From Octopus bimaculoides (lineage: Eukaryota), in contig NC_068981.1 in NCBI RefSeq assembly GCF_001194135.2, forward strand, positions 192,124,062 through 192,188,061: a DNA stretch of 64,000 nt, in the 5' to 3' direction. Both the position numbers and the translations under genes were made by a program. The stretch's first letter is position 1. Each line of letters begins with the position of its first letter. The notes beneath the pieces were generated by a model. The model was given only the letters and a program-made list of their open reading frames with translations. It did no database searches and was not told the DNA's origin. Shown here one piece after another: positions 50,400 through 63,125 of the stretch.

Positions 50400-51045
50400 A
50401 TCATTATTAATCGAGCGATGGCTTTGTAGAATTGCAACAGCTTCAGACAAAAAATACCTTGCAGTATTTCTTCTGGCTCTTTACACTGAGTTCAAATCCT
50501 GCTATGGTCAACTTTGTTCTTCATCAGAGAATAAAATAAAGTATCAGTGAAGTCGATGAAGTCAGCAAACTCTCACCCCTCAAAATTGCTGGGTTTGTGC
50601 CTAAATCACTAAAAATTCTTATTTAGGCAGTGAGCTGACAATCGTTACCACATTGAACAACATGCTAAGCATGCTCCAGCTTCAAATGTCACTGAGGTCA
50701 ACTTTGCATTTCATTCTTTCGGAGTCAATAAATTCCAGTCAAGCAGTGGGATCAATGTAATTGATAAGCTCCACTCAACAAAATTCTAGGTCTTGTGCCA
50801 ATAGTAGAAAGGATTATTATTACTATTATTATGGTGGCAAGCTAACAAAATTGTTAGAGTGTCAGGAGAAATACTTTGCAGTGTTTCTTCCAACTCATTA
50901 GGAGTTGAAATTCCAAATCAACTTTGCCTTTCATCCTTTCAGGGTCAATAAAACAAAGTTCTTTCAAGTACAGGGGTCAATGTAATCAACTTGCCCCCTC
51001 CCCTAAAAAATTGCTGGTCTTGTATCTAAATTAGAAATAATTATT
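50400..51045 (+). mobile_element. Head-to-tail array of three family M SINEs
   Basis: Repeated CAACTTTG(C)..TTCAT..GTCAAT..TTGTGCC units at about 50400-50620, 50625-50815 and 50830-51040, joined by (ATT)n. Confidence 0.75.
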
Positions 51046-51200
51046 ATCAGCAATAATAGTAGTAGTAATATTCATGCCTATATCTTGTATAGCTTTTGTT
51101 GTTTCTCAAACCAGCCAAGCAAGGGAAATACCAGCAGGTGTGTGTGAGTGTGTCTGTGTGTGCGTGTGTGTGTGAGAGGGGGGGTCACATTGTGTCTGTT

Positions 51201-51329
51201 TCATTTTGGTGTCTCATTTAAGACATTTCCATTCACTTCATATACAGTGAGCCCCTTTAAGAAATTTTCTGCTGGTTCTATCTCCATATCTAGCATTGGT
51301 GAAATATTTACCAGTCTTTCATTCCACAA
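51201..51329 (-). CDS. Candidate exon (internal to 51237, or terminal)
   Basis: Acceptor atgtatttattgtatacag, open frame LWNERLVNISPMLDMEIEPAENFLKGLTVYEVNGNVLNETPK* with protein-like composition. No homology recognised. Confidence 0.25.
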   Translation of the reverse strand: MWNERLVNISPMLDMEIEPAENFLKGLTVYEVNGNVLNETPK

Positions 51330-53094
51330 CTGTATACAATAAATACATCACAAGCATTCTTGTTGCAACTCCTGCTAGAAAATTCCTGTGAGTTACGCCT
51401 AACAGCATATTCAATGTCTCAATGATCTCTGAAAGAATGGTAAGTCATTCCTTTAAAGACCATTCATTCATTCATTTGGACAGACACACACACACACACA
51501 CCTACAATGAATTAAACTACAGCTATTTTAGATACAAATAGGTTAAGCACCCACACACTAAAGAAAACGATTCAACCAGGAATAAACTCAGTAAAATAAA
51601 CTGAATAAAGAAAAGATTCTTCTACAGTGCAGGAGAAAAAAAAATATTCTAAATATATAATTTCCAGATGACCTGACAGATAAGAAAAAGAAGTGTCTGT
51701 TTTTATATAGGTAGCTTCTGGTTTTATGTAGTTTAAATTATGTGAATGATTTCCTCTATAATTTTGTTAATTATAAATCCTCTTCAATGTGAACCTATCC
51801 TCTAGCTACCAATATCTTTGTTGTGTGTGATTTTATTGTTTTCGATTTTATTGTTTCGATTTTTTTTTTTAATGTATAAACGATGGGGCCTTCACTGCCA
51901 GTTATTATTATATATAAAATGAGAAAGAAAATTTACTAAATATTTCAAACTATTATGTTCTATTGTTATTATTTTTCTTTTATGAACCTGTCAGAGAGAA
52001 AAAGAAGTCTCAAACATTTATAAATATTTTTAGTAAAAGAGGGTAAAACATACATAACGGTATGGGAAATTAAAATGCAGTTTCTTAATTTAACATGTTA
52101 GAACATAGCAGGATCAGAAGAAATTGAAGAAGAAATTGAGACAGAATTTTTACAGCTTGATGTTCTTTCTATTATCAACTTTTACCCGTTTTCCAAAAAA
52201 AGGGATTTTTTTATTCCAGGGAAATTTTAAAGTGCAGCACTAGCAGATGATTTAAGAAATGTCAGAAATCACCAATTACAGCCCGACCACAACTGGAAAT
52301 ATCACTGATTGAAGCTGAACTTCAAGCAATGACATCACCATCCATAGCCATACTTCAGCATAGATAGTAAATATTCACACAAATAAACATACATACATCC
52401 GTTACCATTTGTGGATGGGCTGTAACAGGTGATTTTTGTTGATATTTCTTGTCAACAAATTATCTTCTAGCTCTGCACTTTTAAATGCCACTGGAATGAA
52501 AATTAGATCACAAACACACACACAAAAACGGTTTCTTTCAGTTTCCTACCAAATTCCCTCACAAAACATACGTTAACCCAGGGCTATAGTGGGACATTTG
52601 CCCAAAGTGTCATGCAGTAAGATTGAACCTGAAACCACATAGTAGAGAAGTATACTTCTTAACCAGGTTTCTATCATATCAATACTAAATAAAATTCAAT
52701 GGTATTAAGATTTAGTTCATAAAAAACTTACAAATAAAAAAGATAGATCAATAAAATAAAAGCAGTGTGATTAAGAAGTTTGTTTTTTAACCACATGATT
52801 TCATGTTCAATCCCACCACCTGGCATCTTAGGTAAGTATTTACTGTAACCCTGTACTAACCAATGCCTTGTGAGGGAATTTGAAACATGGAAATCACAGA
52901 AAGCCCATCATAGACACAAATAAATGAGAGAAAGCACATACAAATGTGCAGGAATGCTGATACTCCACACTTGTCACCACATTATGACTGGTCATTCAGC
53001 ACTTTCATAGACCTCCAAAATATATGTAAAAAAAAACCCTTACTACAAAACAGGCGTTGCCTCAGTTAACATCCTGTCTATACCCATGTTAACA

Positions 53095-53435
53095 TAGTAA
53101 AAACCAGGTGTGGGTCAGGTGGAGTTTATTGAAGCAAATTTTCTATGGTCAACTGCCCTTCTTGTCACCAACCCAGACCTGTTTTCTAAGCAAGGTACCA
53201 TTTTCCCATAGCCAGACATGTTTTCATAGAATACTGGAAATGAATGACACCACTTATATGACAGTGACACTCGTTTACAATTAATTATCAGACAATGTCA
53301 AAACAAAGAAACACTTCCAGCTTCTGTTCACCAAATCCAATCACAAGGTCTTGGTCAATCAAAGATTATTGAACACTTGCCCAAGGTGCCATGCCTTGGA
53401 ACTGAACTGAAAACCATGTGGTTGAGAAGCTACAT
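53095..53435 (-). mobile_element. Family C SINE
   Basis: CAAATTTTCTATGG..AAGCAAGGTACC..CCAGACATGTTTTC..CACTTGCCCAAGGTGCC..GAACTGAAC..ACCATGTGGTTGAGAAG. Confidence 0.8.
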
Positions 53436-53943
53436 ACAAATTTTTTTTTTTCCTCTCAGTTAAGCCATTTCATTCCACTCACTTGAAGGAAATCATGAAC
53501 AATCCAATGCCCATTTCCTTTCTTAATATAAACCTTGCATTCCAATGTGAGATTTTTAAAAAAATGTCTGGAATAAAATAAAAATATCTATTAACAGTTT
53601 TGAAAACTGAATTGAATATATTCAAGCTTCAGATTCTCCACCCACCACCTTCCACCTATTTCTAAATCAAAGTGTTTATAATAGTTTGTATTGTTTGAAA
53701 TATTTTTTCTGAAAGGGGAGATATAAAATCTCCTTCCACCTATAAATCACAAATGTCAAGAGAAAATTGAAATCAAATTATTTTAGTTCACATCAGAACA
53801 TTTTTTAACTCGTCATCAAATATATAAAGAATATTCAGCATAATGTTCAGTGACAGCAACATAAACAAAGCTAAATTTAATGAAGAAACCTCTTCCAAGT
53901 TACTCAATTTGCTAAAAATAGTATCCTAAGTATNNNNNNNNNN

Positions 53944-53975
<32 letters not shown>

Positions 53976-54019
53976 TACATTTGATAATTAATATAGCTTT
54001 AATAGTTTCCAATACTGAT

Positions 54020-54205
54020 CCTTTTTTGCTATTATTTAACCCCAGGTCAATCATTACTGAGCAGACCTATGATCAAAAGCATTCTAACTGTGACCACTCA
54101 TCTTTTAAGACCTATCCAAGACTACACTATTCAATAATCCAATGTGTCTTTTCATATTTAAGACAGAGAGGTTTAATCCGATGGAGATTTAGTTGCTATT
54201 TCTAG
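54020..54205 (-). repeat. Interspersed repeat family D
   Basis: CCCCAGGTCA..GACCTATGATCAAAAGCATTC..GATTTAGTTGCTATTTCTAG. A second, plus-strand copy lies at about 54585-54775. Confidence 0.65.
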
Positions 54206-55385
54206 TTGGTCAATCAACTATGCAGATGTCTCCCTTCAGTGCTTTTTCGTTATTGTTGTCCTTTCATCCCTGATACGTCTGTCTAATACAGTACTATTGG
54301 CAGTGTGGCATTCACTGATTCAATTACACTATAAATTGTGATGTAATAAAAGACTTATGTAAAAAATAATTCAATTTGTTATAGGAACCAACATTATTAT
54401 ATTGTAGAGAATGTATTGAAATAAAGCAAACTCGGAAGTTTTGATTACTGAACAAAAACAAACGCAAAGAGAGATTGTCCAAAAGCTCTAATAGAATTAT
54501 CTGTTTTTGTACATTATTGTTCTGGATAATAATACACAGGACAGAGAGCAACAGTAATGGACCGCCATACAGTTGCTCAAACTACTAGTAATAGCAGTCA
54601 AATAGCCCTGAAATCACACCCTCCAATCTTAGACAAGGAAAGAACAGACAATAATTTAGTATTACATGCTTCTAACAAAAAGAAAAATAATAAGAGGGAG
54701 GGATGGCTATGATTAGAATGCCTTTAGTCATAGGTTTGACCAATCATGGCTGACTTGGAGCCAAACAACATCAACAGCAGCAGTGATAGAACAATTCACA
54801 ACAGCAGTGGAGATTCAAGCAGAACAGATACTGAATATTATTATCAAATGGCTGCAACTTCTGCTTTGCTCCCTCAATCAGATATGTTGTTTTAACTTTT
54901 CCTTGCTTTCAAAAAATTTAGGACTTATTCTCATTTCTTCTTCACACACATACGCAGTATACACAACTGAAGCTATATTGAATTAAAATAGCCATCTGCT
55001 CATCAATGTATATATACCATTGACAGGCTAGTTATCATGGTATTTGTCCAGAGATAACATCTCTTATGGACGTGCTGTGTTAAAAACACAAACATCACAG
55101 GGATATGAAAAATTGCCTTAGGAGTGGCCAGTGAAAATGCCAGATGCCTTCACATCACCTGGTAACTGTAAATAAGTGTTACTGTTATACAAGCAGTATC
55201 ATTTATTTCCAATATTTAGCAAAAACATGTCTAGCCATAGTGAAATGTTACTATGCTTGGAAACGGGTGAGGGTTGGCAACAAAAAGGGCATCCAGCCAT
55301 AGAAAATCTTCCTCAATAAACTCCAACCCATGCAAACGATGGTNNNNNNNNNNTTCCTCAATAAACTCCAACCCATGCAAACGAT

Positions 55386-55424
<39 letters not shown>

Positions 55425-55924
55425 ATGCACATAACTTGTGTAATGCTGCATGTAAATAGTTACTAGTTTTTGTGTTTGTAAATGGAATTTTTCAGATTAG
55501 CAGCAATGGCCTTATTCGAAGTCTTTGTTATAGGAATTTAATGAAAGAACACAGTATGGTAATTGAAACATAAACATGTGGTTTATAGTTCCAATATTAA
55601 ATTTTAACAAGTAACAGACGACTCCTTACTGGTTGAAAACAACTGAAAATTATTTTCAAAATTACTTTTGCAGCTTTAACATGACATCCTCTTGATATAT
55701 ATAATTTACAATGTTACTTTCTGAAAGAAAACATGTCAAAACTAGTTGTTCTTATTTATTGGTATGTTAAGGTTAAAAAATAATATTCAAATTTCTGACA
55801 TCTTGCATAACAAGTTGCCCAAGAACAATTTTCTTGTACATCAAATTGCCTGTGTTTATATCAGCTGCATGCTTTTCGGGAAACATTCTGTCAAAGAAAT
55901 CCTTGTTCTTAGATTTCTACTCAC

Positions 55925-56000
55925 TGTGGTCTTAAAATTTGTAACAACATGATCAATGAAAACATAACTAGAAAAGTACTCAAGAATCTATAAATTCTAA
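55925..56000 (-). CDS. Candidate exon encoding a transmembrane-like segment
   Basis: Long poly-T acceptor (..tttttgctattcag), donor CA|gtgagt, one open frame RIYRFLSTFLVMFSLIMLLQILRP. Confidence 0.25.
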
Positions 56001-56329
56001 CTGAATAGCAAAAAAAAAAAAAAAAATACAGGATAATGACAATGATGTGTCTAATAAAAACGTTATCAGAATTATTGAAAATATACAACTGGGAATTCTT
56101 AACAAAAATTCTACACTTCAAATTAAATATACAGGAGAGATGTTTCAATAGAATTCCTGTGAACAGTAGAATTCTTCTACAGTTTAATTTTTATGTTTAT
56201 CATTATCATTGTGAAGGTGTAATGCTTAATAGTTGGAGAGTATGGTTCAAAATTGTTAAGTTACAGGTTCAATTTCCATAATGGACAATGCATTTTGTCA
56301 TTGAACAAACCACTTCATATCGTTCCAGT

Positions 56330-56735
56330 CACCATCATCATGGTTTGATCAGATGGAATTTTATTGAGGTGGACTTTCTACAACTGGATGCCCTTCCTGT
56401 CACCAACCTTCGCCTGTTTCCAATTAAGGTAATATTTTCCCCATGGCCAGACATGTTTCTGCAGGATACTAGAAATGAGTGACACTACTTGTATGACAGT
56501 AACAATCATATAACTAACACGATGTCAAGACAAAGAGACACAAACATACACTTGCATGCACAGAAACACACATATACGAAAGGCTTCTTTCAGTTTCCAC
56601 TTAACAAATCCACTCAAGGTATTGGTCAGCCCAGGGCTATAACAGATGTCAGTTACCCAAGGTGCCACACAGTGGAACTGAACTCAAGACCATATAGTTG
56701 GGAAGTAAACTTCTCAACCACACTGCTATGCCTGT
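56330..56735 (-). mobile_element. Family C SINE, near full length
   Basis: CTGGATGCCCTTCCTGTCACCAACC..CCCCATGGCCAGACATG..CTTCTTTCAGTTTCC..CCCAAGGTGCCACACAGTGGAACTGAAC. Confidence 0.85.
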
Positions 56736-57344
56736 ATATCAAATGAAAATGAGTACCAGCAGCACCAGGGGTGAGTTGACCCTTTGTTAGTCTGGTGTCC
56801 CAATCAACAAATCTTGTACTCTTTATTACTTATCCAAGATAAGCTCTGGCCTAATGGCCATGAAGGTTTAATAAAGACTTTAACATTGCCATTTTGGAGC
56901 CAACAGTTAATTATATCCATTATCAGGAATTCAAGAAGTAACACAGGAATTTTATAGTTCAATGTTTTAATTTTAACTGATTATTAATTCTAAAAAGTGA
57001 TCAAACCTGAGTAGATTATACAAGTTCTGGACACATAAGCAGGAGTGGTATTTATTGAAAATTGGACAATCAGCTGACAGTAATGTTTTCTCATATTAGT
57101 ACATAGCCAAAAATACAACCAATTACATTAACCCTATTAATGCTGCATTTGTTAGCATTCCAGTTCCAAACAGATGTCAATTGTCAACACTGATGGGCAA
57201 AACTAAAGAATTTTGTACAGCAATTTCATTTACAAGAAATGAATGTTATTGAAACATTTTTATCATCTAAAATTGCACCAAATGAACAAAAACGCATGAA
57301 AAATGTAGGCTAAAATACCAGGTTATTTAATATATGCAACAGCG

Positions 57345-57545
57345 TAGATGGTGAGCTGGCAAAATCGTTACTGCACCGGATAAAATGCTGAGCAGCATTT
57401 CTCCCAACCTGAGAACAAATGCTGCTGGGGTAGACTTTGCCTTTCATCCTTTCTGGGTCAATATAATAAGTACCAGTTGAGTATTAGGTTCATGTAATTG
57501 ACTAGACTACTCCCCAAAATTGCTAGCCTTGTGCCTAATTTGAAA
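57345..57545 (+). mobile_element. Family M SINE
   Basis: GGTGAGCTGGCAAAATCGTTA..GACTTTGCCTTTCATCCTTT..TAAGTACCAGTTGAG..GCCTTGTGCC. Confidence 0.8.
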
Positions 57546-59057
57546 GCAAGACATACAACTGTTCCTGAAGAAGAGCTAAGAATTTACTGCCAAAAAAGAC
57601 AATCATCTTATAAATTAATATTAATTTGTTTTGGAAAGAGACAGAAACATTTTTTGTAGGGGTGAAGGGAGAATAATCAATTGAATCTATACCATTATAT
57701 TGCTGAAGGATGAAAAGTAAAATCATCCCGGTCAGTATCTGAACTCAGAAAGTAGAGCAATGATCATTTCAGCTGACTCAATAGAGTTAAATTTCAATTA
57801 TCTGAATGAGACAAACAGGGATTATTTTGCTCAGGTATCTGATCTAATAGTAAACAAAGGAAGCCATACAAAACATAATTATGTTAAAAAGCATATTTAC
57901 AGAGTCTTCATGAGTTTTACATTGATGTACACTTGTACATCATGCCATTCCTCTATGACCTACATGCTGTAATATTTCACTTTTCTGTTTGACTGTCAAT
58001 GGAAGATATTCACATTCCTTTCACAGACGTGGAAACACCAGCAAACTCAATTACTTGTAATAGATACATAAAAACTTGTAGAGCAAACAAAGACTGATTT
58101 TAACATCATTTTAAATCATTCAGCATGTCTGTGAGTTTCAAGTGACCACTGAGATCAAACTAGCAGACCAACCAGCCAACACATAATGCTTTTGATGAAT
58201 GTAAACAAGACATGATTGCCTCCCCGGTGTCATTAACACTTTGATGTCAGCTTTTATAGGTTCTTCAGTAAAACAAATTCACATTGCATTACTGCAAAGC
58301 AAAAAGACATTATTATTCTCTAGTTTGGGTTGGACAGAGTATGGATAATTAAATATTCAGAGGACCTTGATATCTCAATCAGATAATCTGAAATTCACAT
58401 AACTGATGTTCAGATGACCAAAGCTTTACTGTATTTGTGATTAAATACAAGCAAGAGTCTTACAGTGGGAAGAACATAGTTAACATAAATGTCTCCAGGA
58501 TATTGCAGGAATGTATCTTATTAACTTGGATTTGAACACAAAATATAAAAAGACAACTAAATATTGTAAGATATTTATAACTTTTTTCTGTCATGCCTGC
58601 TTTCTCAGAAATAATTTGTAATCATGTTGTTGCACTTTTTTTTCATTTGTTTTGGGGTTTTTTTATAATTTTGCCAATGTTTTGTTTGTTTGCTGAACCA
58701 TTAAGAATTTTTAAAAAAACACAAATTCCCAATTCTGGAATGGAATGGTTTGTATAAATCTTATTTCAGTATATTTAAGGAAGAGTTGACATAGCTTAAA
58801 TAAATACATTAATACCAGCCATAAAGTGATATTAACTTCTATTCCATTAACCTGTATCACTTAGCATTTTTGTTGATTTAATTAAAAATTAGCCAATCAA
58901 TTAAAAGCAGAGTCAAAGAGTCTGCAACTACTGCAAAGATTCCACTAACAATAGTTGCAGTCAGAGACACCAACTCCAACCAACATAATGTCACAGTCTT
59001 AAGATGAGAGCATTATTGAACCATCACTAGTCCCATTTTTCAATAGTTATTAATTCC

Positions 59058-59310
59058 TCTAGTGTTATTGTTGGCTGAAGATAATATCTAACCACAACAT
59101 TTGTTAATAAAGATATTATCTCCAGCAAACATAACATCATAGATATCTAGTAACAAATGTTGTGGTCAAAGATATAATCTCCAGCAAACATAACATCGCA
59201 GGCATCTTGTGTTGTGGTGAAAGATATTATCTTCACTCAACATAGCATCACAAAAGTCTAGTAATGTGTTGTGGTCAGAAATATTTCCAGCCAACACGTC
59301 ACACAAGTTG
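59058..59310. repeat. Degenerate 52-59-bp minisatellite (4 units) preceded by an inverted unit
   Basis: AGATA(T/A)(T/A)ATCT(C/T)CA recurs at 59111, 59170, 59222 and about 59279. 59058-59100 is a reverse-complement unit. Confidence 0.75.
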
Positions 59311-59399
59311 AACTCTTAGCCAATGCTCACATCTATGATCTGGTAGCTTGTGCCACATTTAGGTACCTGTGAAGTAACTAAGCTGAGCATCAGGTATGT

Positions 59400-59580
59400 C
59401 AACTAGAGGGAGAAGAGCTGCACCAGCAGTCAACTGGTAATCATTTACAGTTGAGTAGACTGCGGTAATGTAAAATATCATAGATTGGTCAATGGCAATG
59501 TAGTGTCTGGCCCAAGAATTGAATCCATGACATTATGATCAGGGGTACCACACTCCAACCACTAGACCACACATCTTCAC
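59400..59580 (-). mobile_element. tRNA-derived SINE family E
   Basis: GAATTGAATCCATGAC..TGATC..CCAACCACTAGACCAC is the reverse complement of the head at 29075. Confidence 0.6.
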
Positions 59581-60559
59581 AGAAGTCCCATCACAAGGAT
59601 TGTAAATATAGGAAAAAAGGAATTAATAATACAGAACAGCACTTGCATCTTGAGAATAAATTTGTTAAACAGTAAAAGATTAAATATAAATTATGTGTTT
59701 GTGTTTTTGTTATTCATTTAGAGAAAGAAACTATAACAATAATTCTAGGACTGAAATAGCAGAACAGTAAAAACATAAGATTAGATTTAATAATATTCCT
59801 GATCAATGGATAAACAAACAACAGTCATAAAAGCCAAAAATAAATATTTCTGCTGACTGATAGATACACCATAGATTCTATTGTAATAAATACTTTTTCT
59901 TTCTTTCTTCAATGGAGACAAGCACAGATCAAAATTGTGTCTGCTAACCTTTTAAATTTGTTCTTTCATAATAAATCTGACCATCCCAAAGTGACTTTTT
60001 TGCATAGCTTAACCTTTTGTCAGCAGAACAGATGAAGTATTCCAAATAGCATCAGAGATCTCAATGAGAAATTAACCAAGGACTAAGTAACAGAAGAAGC
60101 CAGTTAAATAGATTTGTTTAATCCATGCCAATTGGGGGAAAATATGTAAAAATTCCATCAATAACCATGAGGCTAATTAGTATAATTGGAAACTTATTCT
60201 CATATATAATATAAATATATATTATTTTATTCATTTTTCAGACTACAAAGTTATTTTGCGATTAAATTTTCTTACAGTTTCTAGTTAAGCAAGAAAAGAG
60301 TCATAACTTTTTGTCATGTTAACTCACTAAACTTTATCGATCCTCTTATTTTGGTAACTAAAAGAGGAAGGAAGCAACTGAATACATAATTCCCAGATCT
60401 CTCCAATTGAACTTTAGTTAATCAAAGGTTAATTTCAGATTTTCTCATCAAATGACTAGTCAAAATATACACCATCAAACTAAAGACTTCTGAACATAAA
60501 AACATTTAGTCTAGCAAGTAGTATTCAAAATACCAATAAAGAACTTTGGTAGTGAATTT

Positions 60560-60895
60560 TTGGCTGGGCCTCACTGAAGAAATCACAAGAGATTGGGAGA
60601 TGTGGCAATTTGCTGTACTTGAAAAGAAACATCAAGCTAAGTAAAACCACTGTCTTCCATACATACAGGCTTGTCCTTTACAGGTGCTGGTGCCACATAA
60701 TATACACTCATGCCAGTGCTGCTTAAACACACCCATGCCAGATAAAAAGCACCCAGCATGCACTGTTAAGTGGTTGGTGATAAGAATGGCATCCAGCCAT
60801 AGAAACCATGCTACAACAGACAATTGGAGTCTGGACAGCACCCATCAAACTGTCCAACCCATGTCAGCATGGAAAACAGACATTAAATGATGAAC
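60560..60895 (+). mobile_element. RTE LINE 3' end plus family T tail
   Basis: LGLTEEITRDWEMWQFAVLEKKHQAK*, then GTGGTTGG..GCATCCAGCCATAGAAACC..CCAACCCATGTCAGCATGGAAAACAGACATTAAATGATG. Confidence 0.85.
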
Positions 60896-60954
60896 ATTTG
60901 TAAACAAGAAGTTTAAAAAAAAACAAATTAGAATATGAAATACATGGTTCCCTT

Positions 60955-61154
60955 CAACCATTTTGATACCAACTTACCTGAGATTGCCATTAGTTCTACA
61001 ATACAAACATCATGCTTTACATTATTCTAAATTAAAACTTCTCATAAAAATTTGATGTTATGTACCAAACACCAGCTTAACAATTACAAATTTATTCTGT
61101 TTAATCTTTCATTATTTTCTAAATTTCAATAGAAATATGGTAACAAAAGGTTTA
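60955..61154 (-). mobile_element. Family A TTAA MITE, reverse orientation
   Basis: TTTTGATACCAAC..CCAAACACCAGCTTAA..AAATATGGTAACAAAAGG. Confidence 0.65.
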
Positions 61155-62879
61155 AATCCTTTTGCTTCATCTTTCAGATTGAAAAACTTGCATTATAAGA
61201 TTTACTACTCAATGACACTTTTTGTAAAGATACAAGGAGCAGTGTTTATTTAATAACAAGACATTACCTTCTCTCACTCTCCACATGAGCAAGACATGGA
61301 CCCCACAAGCTGCATTGAAGAGAGAAGGAATACCTAATAAAGTGATACTGGGTTGAGGGTCACACCCCAGTCCAGCTTATATAGGACATGTTCTCTAATG
61401 CCTGTAGCATGATAAAATGCATCTGATATACTCTCTAAAGTGGTTGGTGACAGGAAGGGCATCCAGCTGCACAAACCATACCAAAATGAAAAAGGAAAAG
61501 TGAGATCAGGATTCAGCAAGCTACATTACAAGCAACTGACTAGGAGGGCAGGAACTTCACTCCAAATAACTGACAATGATTGTGACAACCACCCAATCAA
61601 TACAAGTATTAAAAAAAAAAATGTAAAAAACTGACGATGATCTACGTAATTGCATTTTACTGTTTTAAAACATACCTAAATCTTCACATTTTCATTTAAA
61701 ACAGGGAAAGAAATAAATCAATGGTATAACAGCATAGAATCAGTGAGGTCCTTAGATGTCAATGACAGCTTCAATCAATTCACTAAGTTATATATAGAGA
61801 ATGAATTTCTTTGACGACAATAGCGTCCATTACCATCATTTGAATTGGTTCATCAAACATGCAGTTCATGACAGCATCATAGAATACAAAACTATTACTA
61901 TAGAAAACTTTTCCTGTATTTCCTTCAGTATTTTCTCAATCAATCAATCAGGTTCCTCCTCATAGGTTTTCTGGCATGCATATATACAGACACACTCACA
62001 AACACACACATTATATCCATTCCAATTTATAAACTTTCTTCCAGTCTTATGTATTTTAAAACCAATTTCGTTAGCTGCTTGAAACACCTGTTTTTAAAAT
62101 CCATTTTCCTTTGAAATGAGCTGCTGGGATTAATCGAAGGAATTCATCATGAATGAAACATTAAAAATAGGTCTCTTCCAATAATTAGCATGCTAAGATC
62201 AGAAAAGATTAATAACTTTGATTGAGGAAAAGAATGATATTTCTATCACCAATGACCAAAAATATAATTGCCTGCTACAAAATAATTAGTGAAATAACCA
62301 AATTATTCTCAATCTCACGTATGTTACATAGCAACACAATGATATTTATTATCTCTTCATAATAATAGCCTATATTAATGTTGGTTGGTTGGTTGGCTGG
62401 CTGGCTGGTTGATTGATTTCTTCAGTCCTGCTTTACATCATATAGAAAAAGGAGTAAAAGAGATATAGAGAGTCAATATAAGAAGTGCAGGATGAGTGCA
62501 CATACAAAGCTTGGTGGCAGACAATGAGAACTATCTGAAAAATACACATTGTTTTGATGAAATTTTGCAGAAATTGGGTTTGTATTGAGCATATTACAAT
62601 TATTTTGATAACTTTTTTAAAATAACAGTTGCTGCAAATATACGAATGAGAAATTTGATTTTTAAGTTAATTCTGTTTTAAGGTAATAAATTTTTCATTT
62701 GAAAATTAGTATTGTCATTTTGTAGAAGCTCCAAGAAATTTGATGAAGGCTATATTATTACGTGCATGCCATAATTTCCCAATATTATCCATAGTAGCAA
62801 AAATATACCTTCAAAGTTACCTGTCTTGGGTAACACTGTGTGTGTGTGTGTGTGTGTATGAATATATATATAACACCCA

Positions 62880-63125
62880 TGATTGATTCCCAGACCAGGC
62901 GTTGCATTGTGTTCTTGAGCATAGCACTTCATTTCACGTTGCTCTGCGATCATTCGACACCTGACATGTGGCACCCAGTTGCACCTGTACAGGTAATGTT
63001 GATTTGATGGAGGGAGTGAGTTTATGTCTACACAAACATTTGATCACTATAAACAAATCATCTGTGTGGTTGTTCAGTAAGAAATTATTGAACCCTCATA
63101 TGTCGTCTGACAACAGGTGAGTTCA
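62880..63125 (+). mobile_element. tRNA-derived SINE family E
   Basis: GATTCCCAGACC..GCGTTGCATTGTGTTCTTGAGCA..CACTTCATTTCACGTTGCTCTG. Confidence 0.65.

Noticed and set aside
53944-53973. Poly(A) run as a processed-pseudogene or L1 tail
   Set aside because: It starts at an N gap, so the upstream body and any target duplication cannot be seen.
55308-55388. 35-bp direct repeat flanking a 10-N gap
   Set aside because: Same assembly-overlap artefact.
59100-59310. CRISPR-like regular spacing
   Set aside because: The intervening sequences resemble each other, the repeats decay, there are no cas genes and the DNA is eukaryotic. It is a minisatellite.
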